Positions 39,460-48,988 of a DNA stretch of 64,000 nt are shown in pieces; the stretch's first letter is position 1; every line of letters starts with the position of its first letter. Origin of the DNA: Candidatus Pacearchaeota archaeon. GTDB lineage: Archaea > Nanobdellota > Nanobdellia > Pacearchaeales > GW2011-AR1. The notes beneath the pieces are model-generated. The model did no database searches and was not told where the DNA came from. It saw only the letters and a list, made by a program, of their open reading frames with translations. The position numbers were made by a program, and so were the translations under genes. The stretch is from contig JAGVWP010000001.1 of assembly GCA_018304985.1 (NCBI GenBank), positions 3,913 through 67,912 on the forward strand. The letters are read 5' to 3'.

Positions 39460-40353
39460 ATGGAAAATAAAAAAACATTTCAAGTTTTGGTATTAACATT
39501 TTTACTTAGCTTGGCTCTTGTTATTACCTTAAGTTCAGTTGCATCTGCAATAACTGTAAGCTCTTTAACTCAAGGAAAGCTTTATCCTGGAGAACAGGCA
39601 ACAATAAGCCTAAGTATAAAAAATACTCTAAATCAGGATGTTGAAGATGTTTCTATGAATTTGCTTTTAGAGGAAACTAAGTTTATTTCAGTAGGTGGAA
39701 GCGAGGAAAGTATTGATGAAATAAGAGAAGATAAAGACAAAAGTTTTGATTTTACACTTAAAGCTTCGCAAGATATTGCTCCTGGAGATTATAATATCCC
39801 TTATGTAATTAGTTATACTGATCCAAATCCTAGTTCTGATGGAAAAAAAATTGAGAAAAAAGGAAGTATTGGAGTTACTGTAAGCGCTAGAACAGAGCTT
39901 GATTATATTGCATCTGCTGAGAACCCTGTAATAGGCCAGCAAGGAAAAGTAAGCCTGAAAATTGTAAACAGAGGATTTGGAGATGTTAAATTTGTTTCTG
40001 TTAAAATAAAACCACAAGGTTTTACATTGCTGTCAAGTGAAGATGTTTATATTGGAAATGTTGATTCAGATGATTTTGAAACAGCAACTTATGATGTTTT
40101 ATTCAAAGATCAAACTGCTAGATTAAAAGCAAGTGTTGAATATAGAGATTTTGACAATAAAAAGCTAGTTGAAGAAATAGACCTTCCATTAAATGTTTAT
40201 ACAAGAGAAAAAGCTTTAGAACTTGGGATAATCCAGAAGAATAATACATGGATGTATGGAATTATTGTTGTATTTGTTGTTATTGCTTGGTTTGTTTATA
40301 GAACAATAAAAAAAAGAATGAAAAGAAATAAAAAAAGAGATGATGGGAAGTAA
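39460..40353 (+). CDS. secreted cell-surface protein (COG1361/CARDB-like beta-sandwich) with C-terminal TM anchor and basic tail
   Basis: Signal peptide (LVLTFLLSLALVITLSSVASA) and a C-terminal WMYGIIVVFVVIAWFVY-RTIKKRMKRNKKR segment. Confidence 0.5.
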   Translation: MENKKTFQVLVLTFLLSLALVITLSSVASAITVSSLTQGKLYPGEQATISLSIKNTLNQDVEDVSMNLLLEETKFISVGGSEESIDEIREDKDKSFDFTLKASQDIAPGDYNIPYVISYTDPNPSSDGKKIEKKGSIGVTVSARTELDYIASAENPVIGQQGKVSLKIVNRGFGDVKFVSVKIKPQGFTLLSSEDVYIGNVDSDDFETATYDVLFKDQTARLKASVEYRDFDNKKLVEEIDLPLNVYTREKALELGIIQKNNTWMYGIIVVFVVIAWFVYRTIKKRMKRNKKRDDGK

Positions 40354-40354
40354 A

Positions 40355-40657
40355 ATGAAACCTATTAACGAAAGGGAAAAAAGAAAAATTATAAAAGGAT
40401 TGTTAAGTATGTTAAAAGTAGAAGAAACTAGATTAACCCAAGCTGTTTCGGAGCATAATTCTAATAGTGTTTTGTATATAAATAAACAAATGGAAAGACT
40501 AGCAAATGAAATTAGTAAGAGGTATATTGATCCTCTTGAAATTAACAACTCTCATAGTCAAGCGTTTTATGAAAAAGTTGATAATGTTTTAATAAGATGT
40601 GGTATTAGAAAGGGGTATTATAGAAAACAAAGAGCTCAGAGGAAGGAAGATGAGTGA
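40355..40657 (+). CDS. small basic hypothetical protein
   Basis: ORF; the start at MKPINE is 1 nt after the upstream stop. Confidence 0.3.
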   Translation: MKPINEREKRKIIKGLLSMLKVEETRLTQAVSEHNSNSVLYINKQMERLANEISKRYIDPLEINNSHSQAFYEKVDNVLIRCGIRKGYYRKQRAQRKEDE

Positions 40658-40994
40658 AGAAAGAGAAGAAGATAGCCCTGTTTATGTTACAAGAATTGTT
40701 AGAGATAAAATGGGAGTAGAGAGTTTATTAAGTTTCTTAGGTTGCACATTTGAATGTGTTCAAAGAATTCCTGAGTCTACGAGTATAATAATCTACCTTG
40801 TTTCTCAATGCGGGGTAGATTATGAAAGAATAGAATATGAAATATTTGATCATGAATATAAAAAGTTAAAAAAGATATCTGAAGAAAATAGGTCTATGAG
40901 TTTGGTCCAAGATCTAGCATTACAAATAGATACTGCATTGGAAAAGGAAGAAAGACAATTTAGAAAAATAGAAAGAAGAAATCAGGAGGCATAA
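40650..40994 (+). CDS. hypothetical protein
   Basis: ORF starting at MSEEREED, overlapping the upstream stop (ATGAGTGA). Confidence 0.3.
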   Translation: MSEEREEDSPVYVTRIVRDKMGVESLLSFLGCTFECVQRIPESTSIIIYLVSQCGVDYERIEYEIFDHEYKKLKKISEENRSMSLVQDLALQIDTALEKEERQFRKIERRNQEA

Positions 40995-40999
40995 CCTCC

Positions 41000-42214
41000 A
41001 TGATAATTGATTATCTTGTTCTGGCATTAAAAAGTCTAAAACATAGAGGGCTGAGAACATGGCTTACAATGCTTGGGATTTTTATTGGAATTGCAGCTGT
41101 TGTTTCACTGATTTCACTTGGTAGCGGATTGCAAAGCGCAATTACAGGCCAATTTGGAGGATTATCTATTGATACATTAACAATTTCTAATGCTGCAACA
41201 GCTTTCGGGCCTCCTGGAAGCACTTCTGTAAAAAAATTAAATGATCATGATTTAGATATTGTTAAAAATACAGATGGAGTGAAACTAGTTGTTACAAGGC
41301 TTATTAGAATTATTAAATTTGAATATAATGATAATACTGCCTTTATCTATATTGCAGACCTTCCTGAAGAAAAAGAGCAAATGGATTTTGTTTACAAGGT
41401 TGCTAATTTCAAATCTGAAAAAGGCAGGATTCTAAATAGCAATGATCATGGAAAAGTGCTGCTTGGAAGCGATTTTCTAACTGACAGGTTTGGAAAAACA
41501 ATTGAGCCAGGAAGCAAAGTAAAAATTAATGGAAAAGATTTTGAAGTTGTTGGAATTTCAAAGAAAACAAGCAATTTCATATTTAATGGCGCGATAATTA
41601 TGTTAAATGATGATATGGAAAATCTTCTAGATATCCACGATAATATTGACTTAATTGTTGCCCAAGTAGAAGATCAAAATAAAATAAATGATGTTGCTAA
41701 TGAAATTGAAAGGAAACTTAGAAAAGACAGGAATAAAAGAATAGGAGAGGAAGATTTTTCTGTGCAGACGCCTTTAGAATCACTTTCAGCAGTCAGCACT
41801 GTATTAAATATTGTTAATTTAATTGTTATTGGCATTGCAGCAATTTCACTTTTAGTTGGAGGAATAGGAATTACCAATACAATGTATACTTCAACATTAG
41901 AAAGAACAAAAGAAATTGGAATAATGAAAGCTGTTGGAGCGAAGAATAAAGATATTTTATTTATCTTTTTAATTGAATCTGGTTTACTTGGATTAGTGGG
42001 GGGAATTATAGGAGCTGCTCTCGGATTAAGATTAGCATTCGCTGCTTCAAGTGTTGCTGGAAGCTTCTTAGGAGGCATTGATTTACAAGTTCAAGTATCA
42101 TGGCCTCTGCTAATCGGCTCTGTTGCATTTTCATTTTTGCTTGGAATTTTCTCAGGTTTGCTTCCTGCGTTACAGGCATCTAAGCTAAAACCAGTGGAGG
42201 CGCTGAGGAAATGA
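41000..42214 (+). CDS. ABC transporter permease, FtsX/MacB type
   Basis: N-terminal TM, a ~250-aa extracytoplasmic domain, 3 C-terminal TM helices, and the conserved TNTMYTSTLERTKEIGIMKAVGA block. Confidence 0.8.
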   Translation: MIIDYLVLALKSLKHRGLRTWLTMLGIFIGIAAVVSLISLGSGLQSAITGQFGGLSIDTLTISNAATAFGPPGSTSVKKLNDHDLDIVKNTDGVKLVVTRLIRIIKFEYNDNTAFIYIADLPEEKEQMDFVYKVANFKSEKGRILNSNDHGKVLLGSDFLTDRFGKTIEPGSKVKINGKDFEVVGISKKTSNFIFNGAIIMLNDDMENLLDIHDNIDLIVAQVEDQNKINDVANEIERKLRKDRNKRIGEEDFSVQTPLESLSAVSTVLNIVNLIVIGIAAISLLVGGIGITNTMYTSTLERTKEIGIMKAVGAKNKDILFIFLIESGLLGLVGGIIGAALGLRLAFAASSVAGSFLGGIDLQVQVSWPLLIGSVAFSFLLGIFSGLLPALQASKLKPVEALRK

Positions 42215-42744
42215 GAAAAATTAAAGGATATATTTGCGCAGCAAGAATTGAAGAAATTATTTATCCAAATATAAGAGAATATGTTTTATTTGGTAAAAAA
42301 CAAGATGCAAAGATTATAGGAAATCACGAAGCTTTAGCAACAAATAATCTAACTGCTTATGAAAATCTACCTGACGCGGAATTGGGCCTGCAAGATTTAG
42401 CAAAAATGGATGAATTTGATAGAGTTGAAGTAAGAAAATTAGAAATGTGGGTTGCAGAAAATGCTGAAGAACTTTATTCTTTTGAAAAAGAAAATTCTTT
42501 AGTTGTTATTTGGGATAATTTTATGGGAAAGCAAATAATAGGAGTATATACGGGCGGTAGGGGGTTGAGTACCTTACCTGGAGATTATATAATACGTAAT
42601 GGATTTAAGCCATTTAATAACTTTGAAAGAGCTAATTGGGCTAGAAGTGAAGCAAGCAGACAAAGCGGCAGTTCTCCTGCAACTTTGGCAAAATTCAAAA
42701 TTTCTAAACCTTTAAGAGTAATTGGAAGAAGAGGTGGAAAATGA
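42211..42744 (+). CDS. hypothetical protein between the two permease genes
   Basis: ATGA overlaps at both ends. Confidence 0.35.
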   Translation: MRKIKGYICAARIEEIIYPNIREYVLFGKKQDAKIIGNHEALATNNLTAYENLPDAELGLQDLAKMDEFDRVEVRKLEMWVAENAEELYSFEKENSLVVIWDNFMGKQIIGVYTGGRGLSTLPGDYIIRNGFKPFNNFERANWARSEASRQSGSSPATLAKFKISKPLRVIGRRGGK

Positions 42745-43952
42745 TCACAGACTACTTTAACATTGCGTGGAAGAACTTAAGAAAAAGAAAATTGAGATCC
42801 TGGCTGACAATAGTTGGAATTGTAATCTCGGTTGCAACAATATTTACACTTATCAGCTTGTCAATTGGACTGCAAAATGCTGTGAAAGAGCAATTTGAAA
42901 CGCTTGGAGGGGATAAATTTTTTATCCAGCCTAAAGGCCAGCTAGGCCCGCCACAAGCAGGGGGAGCTGTTCAGCTTACAATTAATGATATAGATGTTAT
43001 TGATAAAGTAACTGGGGTAAAAAGAACAGCTTATTTTACAATTGGAAATGCGCAAATTGAATTTGAAAAAGAAAAAAGATTCTTTTCAGTTTATGGTTTG
43101 CCTCCTGAATTCATGAATCTTTATATAGAAACAGGATCTTTTGAAATTGATGAGGGGAGAGTTTTAAAAAATGGGGATAGGAATAAGGTAATTATTGGAA
43201 ATCATTACAAAACAAGAAATATTTTCAGTACAAATGTAAAAGCTGGAGATAAATTTATAATTAATGATAAAGAGTTTGAGGTTGTTGGTATTTTTAAAGC
43301 AATAGGAAATCCGGATGATGATAGAAGTATAATAATGCCTAGAGATGATTTTATTGAAATGTTTAATTCTGGAGGCAGGGTTGATGCAATAATGGTTCAG
43401 GTAGATGAAGGAGCAGATGTTAAAGCTGTTGCTGAGGTTGTTGAAAAGAAATTACGTAAGTTTAGAAATGTTGATGAAAAAAATCAGGATTTTACAATTT
43501 TAACTCCTGAAGAAATTCTGGCTATTTTTGGAACAGTACTTGGAATAATAACCGCTTTTCTTGGAGCAATTGCTGCAATTTCATTATTAGTTGGAGCAAT
43601 TGGCATTACAAACACAATGTATACTTCTGTATTGGAAAGAACAAAAGAAATTGGAATTATGAAAGCAGTAGGAGTGAAGAATAAAGATATTTTATTTATC
43701 TTTTTAATTGAATCTGGTTTAATTGGTTTGGTTGGAGGGGTTATTGGAGTGGGATTAGGTTATTCGGTAAGCAAGACAATAGAATTAATTGCAACACAAT
43801 CTCTTGGAACAAATCTTTTACAAGCTGCTGCTCCATTATACTTAATTCTTGGCTGCTTGGCATTTGCATTCTTAATAGGAAGTGCTTCAGGAACATGGCC
43901 TGCATGGAGAGCTAGCAAGATAAAAGTTGTTGATGCGTTGAGGTATGAGTAA
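42741..43952 (+). CDS. ABC transporter permease, FtsX/MacB type (paralogue)
   Basis: Same architecture, with the TNTMYTSVLERTKEIGIMKAVG block. Confidence 0.8.
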   Translation: MITDYFNIAWKNLRKRKLRSWLTIVGIVISVATIFTLISLSIGLQNAVKEQFETLGGDKFFIQPKGQLGPPQAGGAVQLTINDIDVIDKVTGVKRTAYFTIGNAQIEFEKEKRFFSVYGLPPEFMNLYIETGSFEIDEGRVLKNGDRNKVIIGNHYKTRNIFSTNVKAGDKFIINDKEFEVVGIFKAIGNPDDDRSIIMPRDDFIEMFNSGGRVDAIMVQVDEGADVKAVAEVVEKKLRKFRNVDEKNQDFTILTPEEILAIFGTVLGIITAFLGAIAAISLLVGAIGITNTMYTSVLERTKEIGIMKAVGVKNKDILFIFLIESGLIGLVGGVIGVGLGYSVSKTIELIATQSLGTNLLQAAAPLYLILGCLAFAFLIGSASGTWPAWRASKIKVVDALRYE

Positions 43953-44368
43953 AAATTAGTAAATTTCTTAAATAAATTAGGCGAAATTATTTTATAAGTC
44001 GCGGACGGACAACATTCTCTAATCTTCCAGAACAAGAAGCAAGAAACTTTCTATCTTCATCACAAGCATCAAGAAATTTAGAAGTTGGTACCGCTTGATC
44101 AACAATATCCCACATTTCATGAGCAACTTCCCTAGTAGTTTTAGAAGAATTATATTCTGAAGCATTAATATCTGGATAATTATTCATCTATATACAGTCT
44201 ATTTCAAATATATAAAAATTTATATTTTCAATTGAAATAGTCATTTAAACCTCTTCTGCACAATAAATAAGTTTAAAAACATGGCTTTGTATTTTATTAA
44301 TCTGGTGATTGAAATAGATAAAACAAGGTAAAATAAAATAATAAAAAAGAGGAAAATAAAGAAAAGAG

Positions 44369-44542
44369 ATGAAAAAATGTATTTATTGCAAGGCTGAAAT
44401 TCCAAGTGAAAGTGTAATTGATTTCTGTGAGAGATGTGGAGTTGGTGTGTGGGGACCAAAAATGTTTAATACAATCAAAAAAAGCATGGAAGAAGCTAGA
44501 GATAAAGGTAATTTAGACCAGGGATTAATAAGCATGAAGTAA
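44369..44542 (+). CDS. small zinc-ribbon protein (57 aa, CxxC...CxxC)
   Basis: MKKCIYCKAEIPSESVIDFCERCGVGVW...; below the ORF-track size cutoff. Preferred over the low-complexity antisense ORF 44241-44459. Confidence 0.4.
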   Translation: MKKCIYCKAEIPSESVIDFCERCGVGVWGPKMFNTIKKSMEEARDKGNLDQGLISMK

Positions 44543-44856
44543 GGAAATTCTATTAAGGATATTAATTAAAACTCAGTATTTCAAGTGTAAAAATCATGGA
44601 AAGTTATTGTGATATTAACTAAACATACAATATTAAATTTCTTGTTTATAGAAATTTATGCCTTATTTAACATTATTTATATTAAAAGTAAATATTTAGT
44701 ATCTCTTAATTAACAATTAATTCTCTTAGTAATCCAAAGGTTTTTAGCCCTAAAAACCTTTAAAAAGCCACTATTTATAGATAATTAATAAAGGAAACCA
44801 AGGTTTACCCTTATCAACCCTTCCTTTTAATAGAACTAAATTACATATTTGGAAAA

Positions 44857-45141
44857 ATGCCGGGAAAAAGAAAACGAATTAAGGAACGTGGAAAAATAAG
44901 ATTTAGTGAATACTTCAAGGAATTAAAAACTGGAGATAAAGTGGCATTAAAACGGGAACAATCTGTTATGGAAGTTGGATTTCATAAAAGGATGCAAGGC
45001 AGAACAGGAGTCGTTGTCGGCAAGCAAGGAAGAAGTTATATTGTAAAAGTAAAAGATATTAATAAAGAAAAGACTCTTATACTTCCAGCAATTCATTTAA
45101 AAAGAATAGAAAATAAATCTATAAAGAAAGGAGAGAAATAA
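44857..45141 (+). CDS. rpl21e: 50S ribosomal protein L21e
   Basis: MPGKRKR...GDKV...YHGRTGVV pattern, and the conserved archaeal L21e-RpoF-DUF655 neighbourhood. Confidence 0.75.
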   Translation: MPGKRKRIKERGKIRFSEYFKELKTGDKVALKREQSVMEVGFHKRMQGRTGVVVGKQGRSYIVKVKDINKEKTLILPAIHLKRIENKSIKKGEK

Positions 45142-45142
45142 A

Positions 45143-45445
45143 ATGATACGAGAAATGAAACCATTAAGTTTGGCAGAAACAGAACATATTGTAAAAGAAA
45201 ATAAAGGAAAGGAAGAGTTAGGGTCATATTTCAAGAAATTTGTAGTTTTAAAATTAAAAGATGCCTTAGAACTAAGAAAAGAACTTGAGGCACTTGGAAA
45301 TCATAAAATAAAGCAAGAGTATGTTGTAAAAATAATTGACTTACTGCCAGAAGATGCATCTGATGTTCATAAAATTTTTATTGATGTTGGTTTAGATGAA
45401 AATGAAGTTAAACAAATACTTGACATTGTGTCAAAATATAAGTAA
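45143..45445 (+). CDS. rpoF: DNA-directed RNA polymerase subunit F (Rpb4 homologue)
   Basis: About 100-aa helical protein between L21e and DUF655, as in other archaea. Confidence 0.5.
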   Translation: MIREMKPLSLAETEHIVKENKGKEELGSYFKKFVVLKLKDALELRKELEALGNHKIKQEYVVKIIDLLPEDASDVHKIFIDVGLDENEVKQILDIVSKYK

Positions 45446-45447
45446 AA

Positions 45448-45990
45448 ATGACAAAGAAAGAAGAAAATGCAATAATACTAGAATACCTTCCTTATGGATA
45501 TCCATTGGAAGGAAAAATGATGCCTATAGCTCAGGCTATAGGAGAGGAAAACTTCACTCTTCTTCAGCTTATTCCTAGAAAGGGAGTAACACTTCAATTA
45601 AAGGAAAGGGTTTATATAGGAGACGGCAAGAGAGATAAGATATATTACATCCTAGGAAGACTGCCTGCTGAAAAATTGACAGAAAATGCAAAAATTCAGC
45701 TAGAAGAGTTTATTGCTAATGTTGTTGAAGAAAAAGAAAAACAGTTTGTAGAGTTTTTCAATAAAGCAACAGCGATTAACACAAGAATACATCAAATAGA
45801 ATTGCTGCCAGGGTATGGAAAAAAACACATGAAAGAAATACTTAAAACTAGAGAAGAAAAAGAATTTGAAGGTTTTGACGATATGAAAAAAAGAATTCCC
45901 AGCTTGCCAGACCCTAAAACTGCAGTTCAGAAAAGAATAATTAAAGAATTAACAGGAGACGAAAGACATAGGTTGTTTGTTCTTTCATAA
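45448..45990 (+). CDS. DUF655 family archaeal RNA-binding protein
   Basis: N-terminal EENAIILEYLPYGYP signature. Confidence 0.65.
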   Translation: MTKKEENAIILEYLPYGYPLEGKMMPIAQAIGEENFTLLQLIPRKGVTLQLKERVYIGDGKRDKIYYILGRLPAEKLTENAKIQLEEFIANVVEEKEKQFVEFFNKATAINTRIHQIELLPGYGKKHMKEILKTREEKEFEGFDDMKKRIPSLPDPKTAVQKRIIKELTGDERHRLFVLS

Positions 45991-46038
45991 AAACCCGCTG
46001 GTGGTTTTTATGACTCCTGCAACCACAATAATTAAAAA

Positions 46039-46572
46039 ATGAAACAAGAAACAGGACAATTACAAGTAAAGAAACAAGATAAAGCTGAAAAGCCTGAAAA
46101 ATATGAGAGAAAAGAAGAAAGCCATGAAATGCTAATTAGAATTCTTTCAACAGACATTCCTGGAAGCAGGAAAGTCAATATAGGCTTGACTTATATAAAA
46201 GGAATTTCATTTTCAATGTCAAACGCCGTGTGTTATATATTAAAAATGGATAAAAATAAGAAAATTGGAGAATTAAGCAAGGAAGAAATTGAAAGAATAA
46301 CTGCTGAAATTAAGAACCCTAAAGTTCCAGATTATTTTAAAAATAGAAGGAATGATTTTGATACAGGAGAAACCAGGCATTTAGTAACAACTGAATTAGA
46401 CTTAAAAAAGGAATTTGATATTAAAAGAATGAAAAAAATACACTCTTACAAAGGTGTAAGACATTCTCGCGGGTTGCCAGTAAGGGGTCAGAGAACAAAG
46501 AGCCATTTCAGAAAGAAAGGCAAGAATAGAGTTGTTGGAGTCAGTAAAAAACCTACAGGAAAAAAAGGCTAA
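46039..46572 (+). CDS. rps13: 30S ribosomal protein S13
   Basis: IRILSTDIPGSRKV...GISFSMSNAV...GVRHSRGLPVRGQRTKS. Confidence 0.85.
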   Translation: MKQETGQLQVKKQDKAEKPEKYERKEESHEMLIRILSTDIPGSRKVNIGLTYIKGISFSMSNAVCYILKMDKNKKIGELSKEEIERITAEIKNPKVPDYFKNRRNDFDTGETRHLVTTELDLKKEFDIKRMKKIHSYKGVRHSRGLPVRGQRTKSHFRKKGKNRVVGVSKKPTGKKG

Positions 46573-46622
46573 TTATGAACCTTTAAAAAAAGTTCCCAAA
46601 AATATAAAAATAAATAAACAAA

Positions 46623-47165
46623 ATGATCAGAAAACATAAAAAATTCAGCAAACCAAGAACAAGATTCGATTCAACAAGAATTGAGGAAGAAGATAAAATT
46701 GTTGAAAGATATGGATTGAAGAATAAGAGAGAAATATGGAAAGCAAAAGGTAAACTGGAGAGAATAAGAAATATTGCAAAAAAGTTAATAGATTCCAGCC
46801 AGGAAGAACAGGAAAAATTCCTGGTTAAGTTAAAAAAACAGGGATTTGATGTCAAAACAACTGTTGATGTTCTTGCTTTAACTGAAGAAGAAATTTTAAA
46901 GAGAAGGCTTCAAACAATTGTGTACAATAAAAAGCTTTCAACAACTCCAAAAGGAGCAAGGCAATTGATAACTCATAAAAATATATTAGTTAATGGAAGA
47001 ATTGTCAATATTCCTTCATACATGGTTGAAGTTGATGAAGAAAATATGGTAAAATTAGCTCATAAAAAAAGAATTGTAAAACCTGTTTCTCAAGAAATTC
47101 CAGAAGAGATTATTGTTGAAAATAAAGAAGAAATTATTCAAATTGGAGAGATAGAAAATGGCTAA
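46623..47165 (+). CDS. rps4: 30S ribosomal protein S4
   Basis: RRLQTIVY...GARQLITHKNILVNGRIVNIPSYMV S4 domain. Confidence 0.85.
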   Translation: MIRKHKKFSKPRTRFDSTRIEEEDKIVERYGLKNKREIWKAKGKLERIRNIAKKLIDSSQEEQEKFLVKLKKQGFDVKTTVDVLALTEEEILKRRLQTIVYNKKLSTTPKGARQLITHKNILVNGRIVNIPSYMVEVDEENMVKLAHKKRIVKPVSQEIPEEIIVENKEEIIQIGEIENG

Positions 47166-47547
47166 AGATGAAAAAGATCATACTGGAATTGCATATGTTT
47201 ATGCTACATTCAATAATACAATTGTACATATAACTGATTTATCCGGAAATACAATTGCAAGATGCTCTGGAGGCATGGTTACAAAGCAGGACAGGCTGAA
47301 AGCAAATCCAACAACAGCAATGTTTATAGCTAAAAAAATCGGGGAAGAGATAAAAGAGCTAGGAGTAAACAGTTTATATGTAAGAATGAGGGGAAAAACT
47401 GGAAGCACTGGACTGGGTCCTGGAGCACATAGCGTTGTTAAAACATTATCAAAAGACGGATTTAAAATATTGAGCATCTCTGAAACTACAAGAGTTCCAA
47501 GAGGCGGACCAAAGGCAAAGGGTGGAAGGAGAGGAAGAAGAGTATAA
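47158..47547 (+). CDS. rps11: 30S ribosomal protein S11
   Basis: GIAYVYATFNNTIVHITDLSGNTIARCSGG. Confidence 0.9.
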   Translation: MAKDEKDHTGIAYVYATFNNTIVHITDLSGNTIARCSGGMVTKQDRLKANPTTAMFIAKKIGEEIKELGVNSLYVRMRGKTGSTGLGPGAHSVVKTLSKDGFKILSISETTRVPRGGPKAKGGRRGRRV

Positions 47548-47626
47548 AGACAACCAATGGTTTTCTTTATGAAACTTTCCTTTTAGATGGACCAAGGTTT
47601 TCATTATGGGTTTTCCCTTAAGAAAG
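47546..47626 (-). repeat. same repeat family, copy between rps11 and rpoD
   Basis: agacaaccaatggttttctttatgaaactttcctttt + ccaaggtttt. Confidence 0.65.
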
Positions 47627-47667
47627 CAAATAATAAATTTAAATACCAAAAATAACTTAAATTTAAA

Positions 47668-48438
47668 ATGAAAAACGAACAAAAAGAAAAAAACAAAGCA
47701 AGTTTTATAATTGACGGAGATGAAACATTAGCAAATGCTATAAGAAGAAGTTCTAATGAAATAACAATTGCAGCAATTGATGAAGTTGAATTTCGTAAAA
47801 ATGATTCAGCGCTTTATGATGAAATTCTATCCCATAGACTTGGATTAATTCCACTAAAAGAGAATAGAAAATTAAATGAAATAGACAAATGCAGCTGTGA
47901 TGGCAAAGGGTGCAATAAATGCCAGGTTCAAGTTTCCTTAAAAGCTAAAGGACCATGCACTGTTTATTCTGGAAGTTTAAAGGGAGATGTTGAAGTAATT
48001 TATGGAAAAATGCCAATTACCTTGTTAGAAAAAGATCAGGAATTAGAATTTGTGGCTTTTGTAAGGCTTGGCAAGACTGTAAAGCACGCAAAGTTTTCCC
48101 CAGGATTGGTTTTTTACAGGCATATTTCTGAAATAACTGTAAAAAATGCGGATCAGGCAGAGAAGATATTTGAAAAATTAAAGGCAAGCATATTAAATCC
48201 TCCAAAAGGAAAGATAAAAAATGGAGAAACTTATCAATGCAGTGAAGATGTGGATTATATTGAGACATTTATTGAATCTGCTGAAAATAAAAGTAAACTA
48301 ATAGAAGTTAAATATGGTGAAGAGCTTGTATTTATTATTGAATCTTGGGGCCAGTTAGAACCTAAGGAAATTTTTACAGAATCTGTTAAGGCGCTTGAAT
48401 CAAACCTTAAAGAAGTTTTAAAAACCATTAAGAAATAA
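47668..48438 (+). CDS. rpoD: DNA-directed RNA polymerase subunit D
   Basis: FIIDGDETLANAIRR...HRLGLIPL, plus the CSCDGKGCNKCQ Fe-S cysteine cluster. Confidence 0.85.
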   Translation: MKNEQKEKNKASFIIDGDETLANAIRRSSNEITIAAIDEVEFRKNDSALYDEILSHRLGLIPLKENRKLNEIDKCSCDGKGCNKCQVQVSLKAKGPCTVYSGSLKGDVEVIYGKMPITLLEKDQELEFVAFVRLGKTVKHAKFSPGLVFYRHISEITVKNADQAEKIFEKLKASILNPPKGKIKNGETYQCSEDVDYIETFIESAENKSKLIEVKYGEELVFIIESWGQLEPKEIFTESVKALESNLKEVLKTIKK

Positions 48439-48447
48439 TCAGTGTAT

Positions 48448-48531
48448 GCGGGAATGTCAGAGCGGTCAAATGAACCACGTTAAGGCCGTGGTGGCTTAGT
48501 GCCTGCGAAGGTTCGAATCCTTCTTTCCGCA
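48448..48531 (+). tRNA. tRNA-Leu, class II; anticodon reads AAG by position (atypical A34)
   Basis: Acceptor GCGGGAA/TTTCCGC, anticodon stem CCACG/CGTGG with loop TTAAGGC, long variable arm, T arm GAAGGTTCGAATCCTTC. Confidence 0.75.
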
Positions 48532-48563
48532 TACATAAATATCTCAATAAAATAATAAATTAA

Positions 48564-48947
48564 TTGAAGATGAACGGAATAAAAAAAGCAAAAGTTGAGA
48601 AGAAATTAAGAAGAAAAACAAATCCAGAGCTAGTTGAGACTATAATTGCTGCTAAAAAAAATCCTAAATGGCTGGAAATTGCAAACTTAATTTCAAGGCC
48701 AAAAAGAAAACAGATTTCTGTTAATCTTGATCAGATAAATGAAAAAGTGAAAGATGGTGAAAGAGTTATTGTTCCTGGCAAGATTTTAGGTGAGGGACAA
48801 TTAAATAAGAAAATTGCTTTAGTTGGATTTTCATTTTCACAAAGCGCAAAGGAAAAATTAAAGAAAAACAAGATTGAAACATTAGAACTTTTAAATGAAA
48901 TAAAGAAAAATCCTGAAGCTAAAAATATTAAAATAATAAGAGAATAA
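48564..48947 (+). CDS. rpl18e: 50S ribosomal protein L18e
   Basis: Sequence pattern and its position upstream of L13-S9. Confidence 0.75.
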   Translation: MKMNGIKKAKVEKKLRRKTNPELVETIIAAKKNPKWLEIANLISRPKRKQISVNLDQINEKVKDGERVIVPGKILGEGQLNKKIALVGFSFSQSAKEKLKKNKIETLELLNEIKKNPEAKNIKIIRE

Positions 48948-48988
48948 TAAAATGAACCTTTAAAAAAGGTTCCCAAAATCATATAAAG

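Noticed and set aside
44241-44459. 72-aa - strand ORF
   Set aside because: Low-complexity F/I/L-rich translation of an A-rich spacer. A conserved-looking zinc-ribbon ORF on the + strand overlaps it.
45396-45578. 60-aa + strand ORF overlapping the rpoF/DUF655 junction
   Set aside because: Out of frame with two well-supported genes; no signal.
46583-46855. 90-aa - strand ORF and 47449-47682 - strand ORF
   Set aside because: Antisense to rps4 and to the rps11-rpoD junction; hydrophobic low-complexity.
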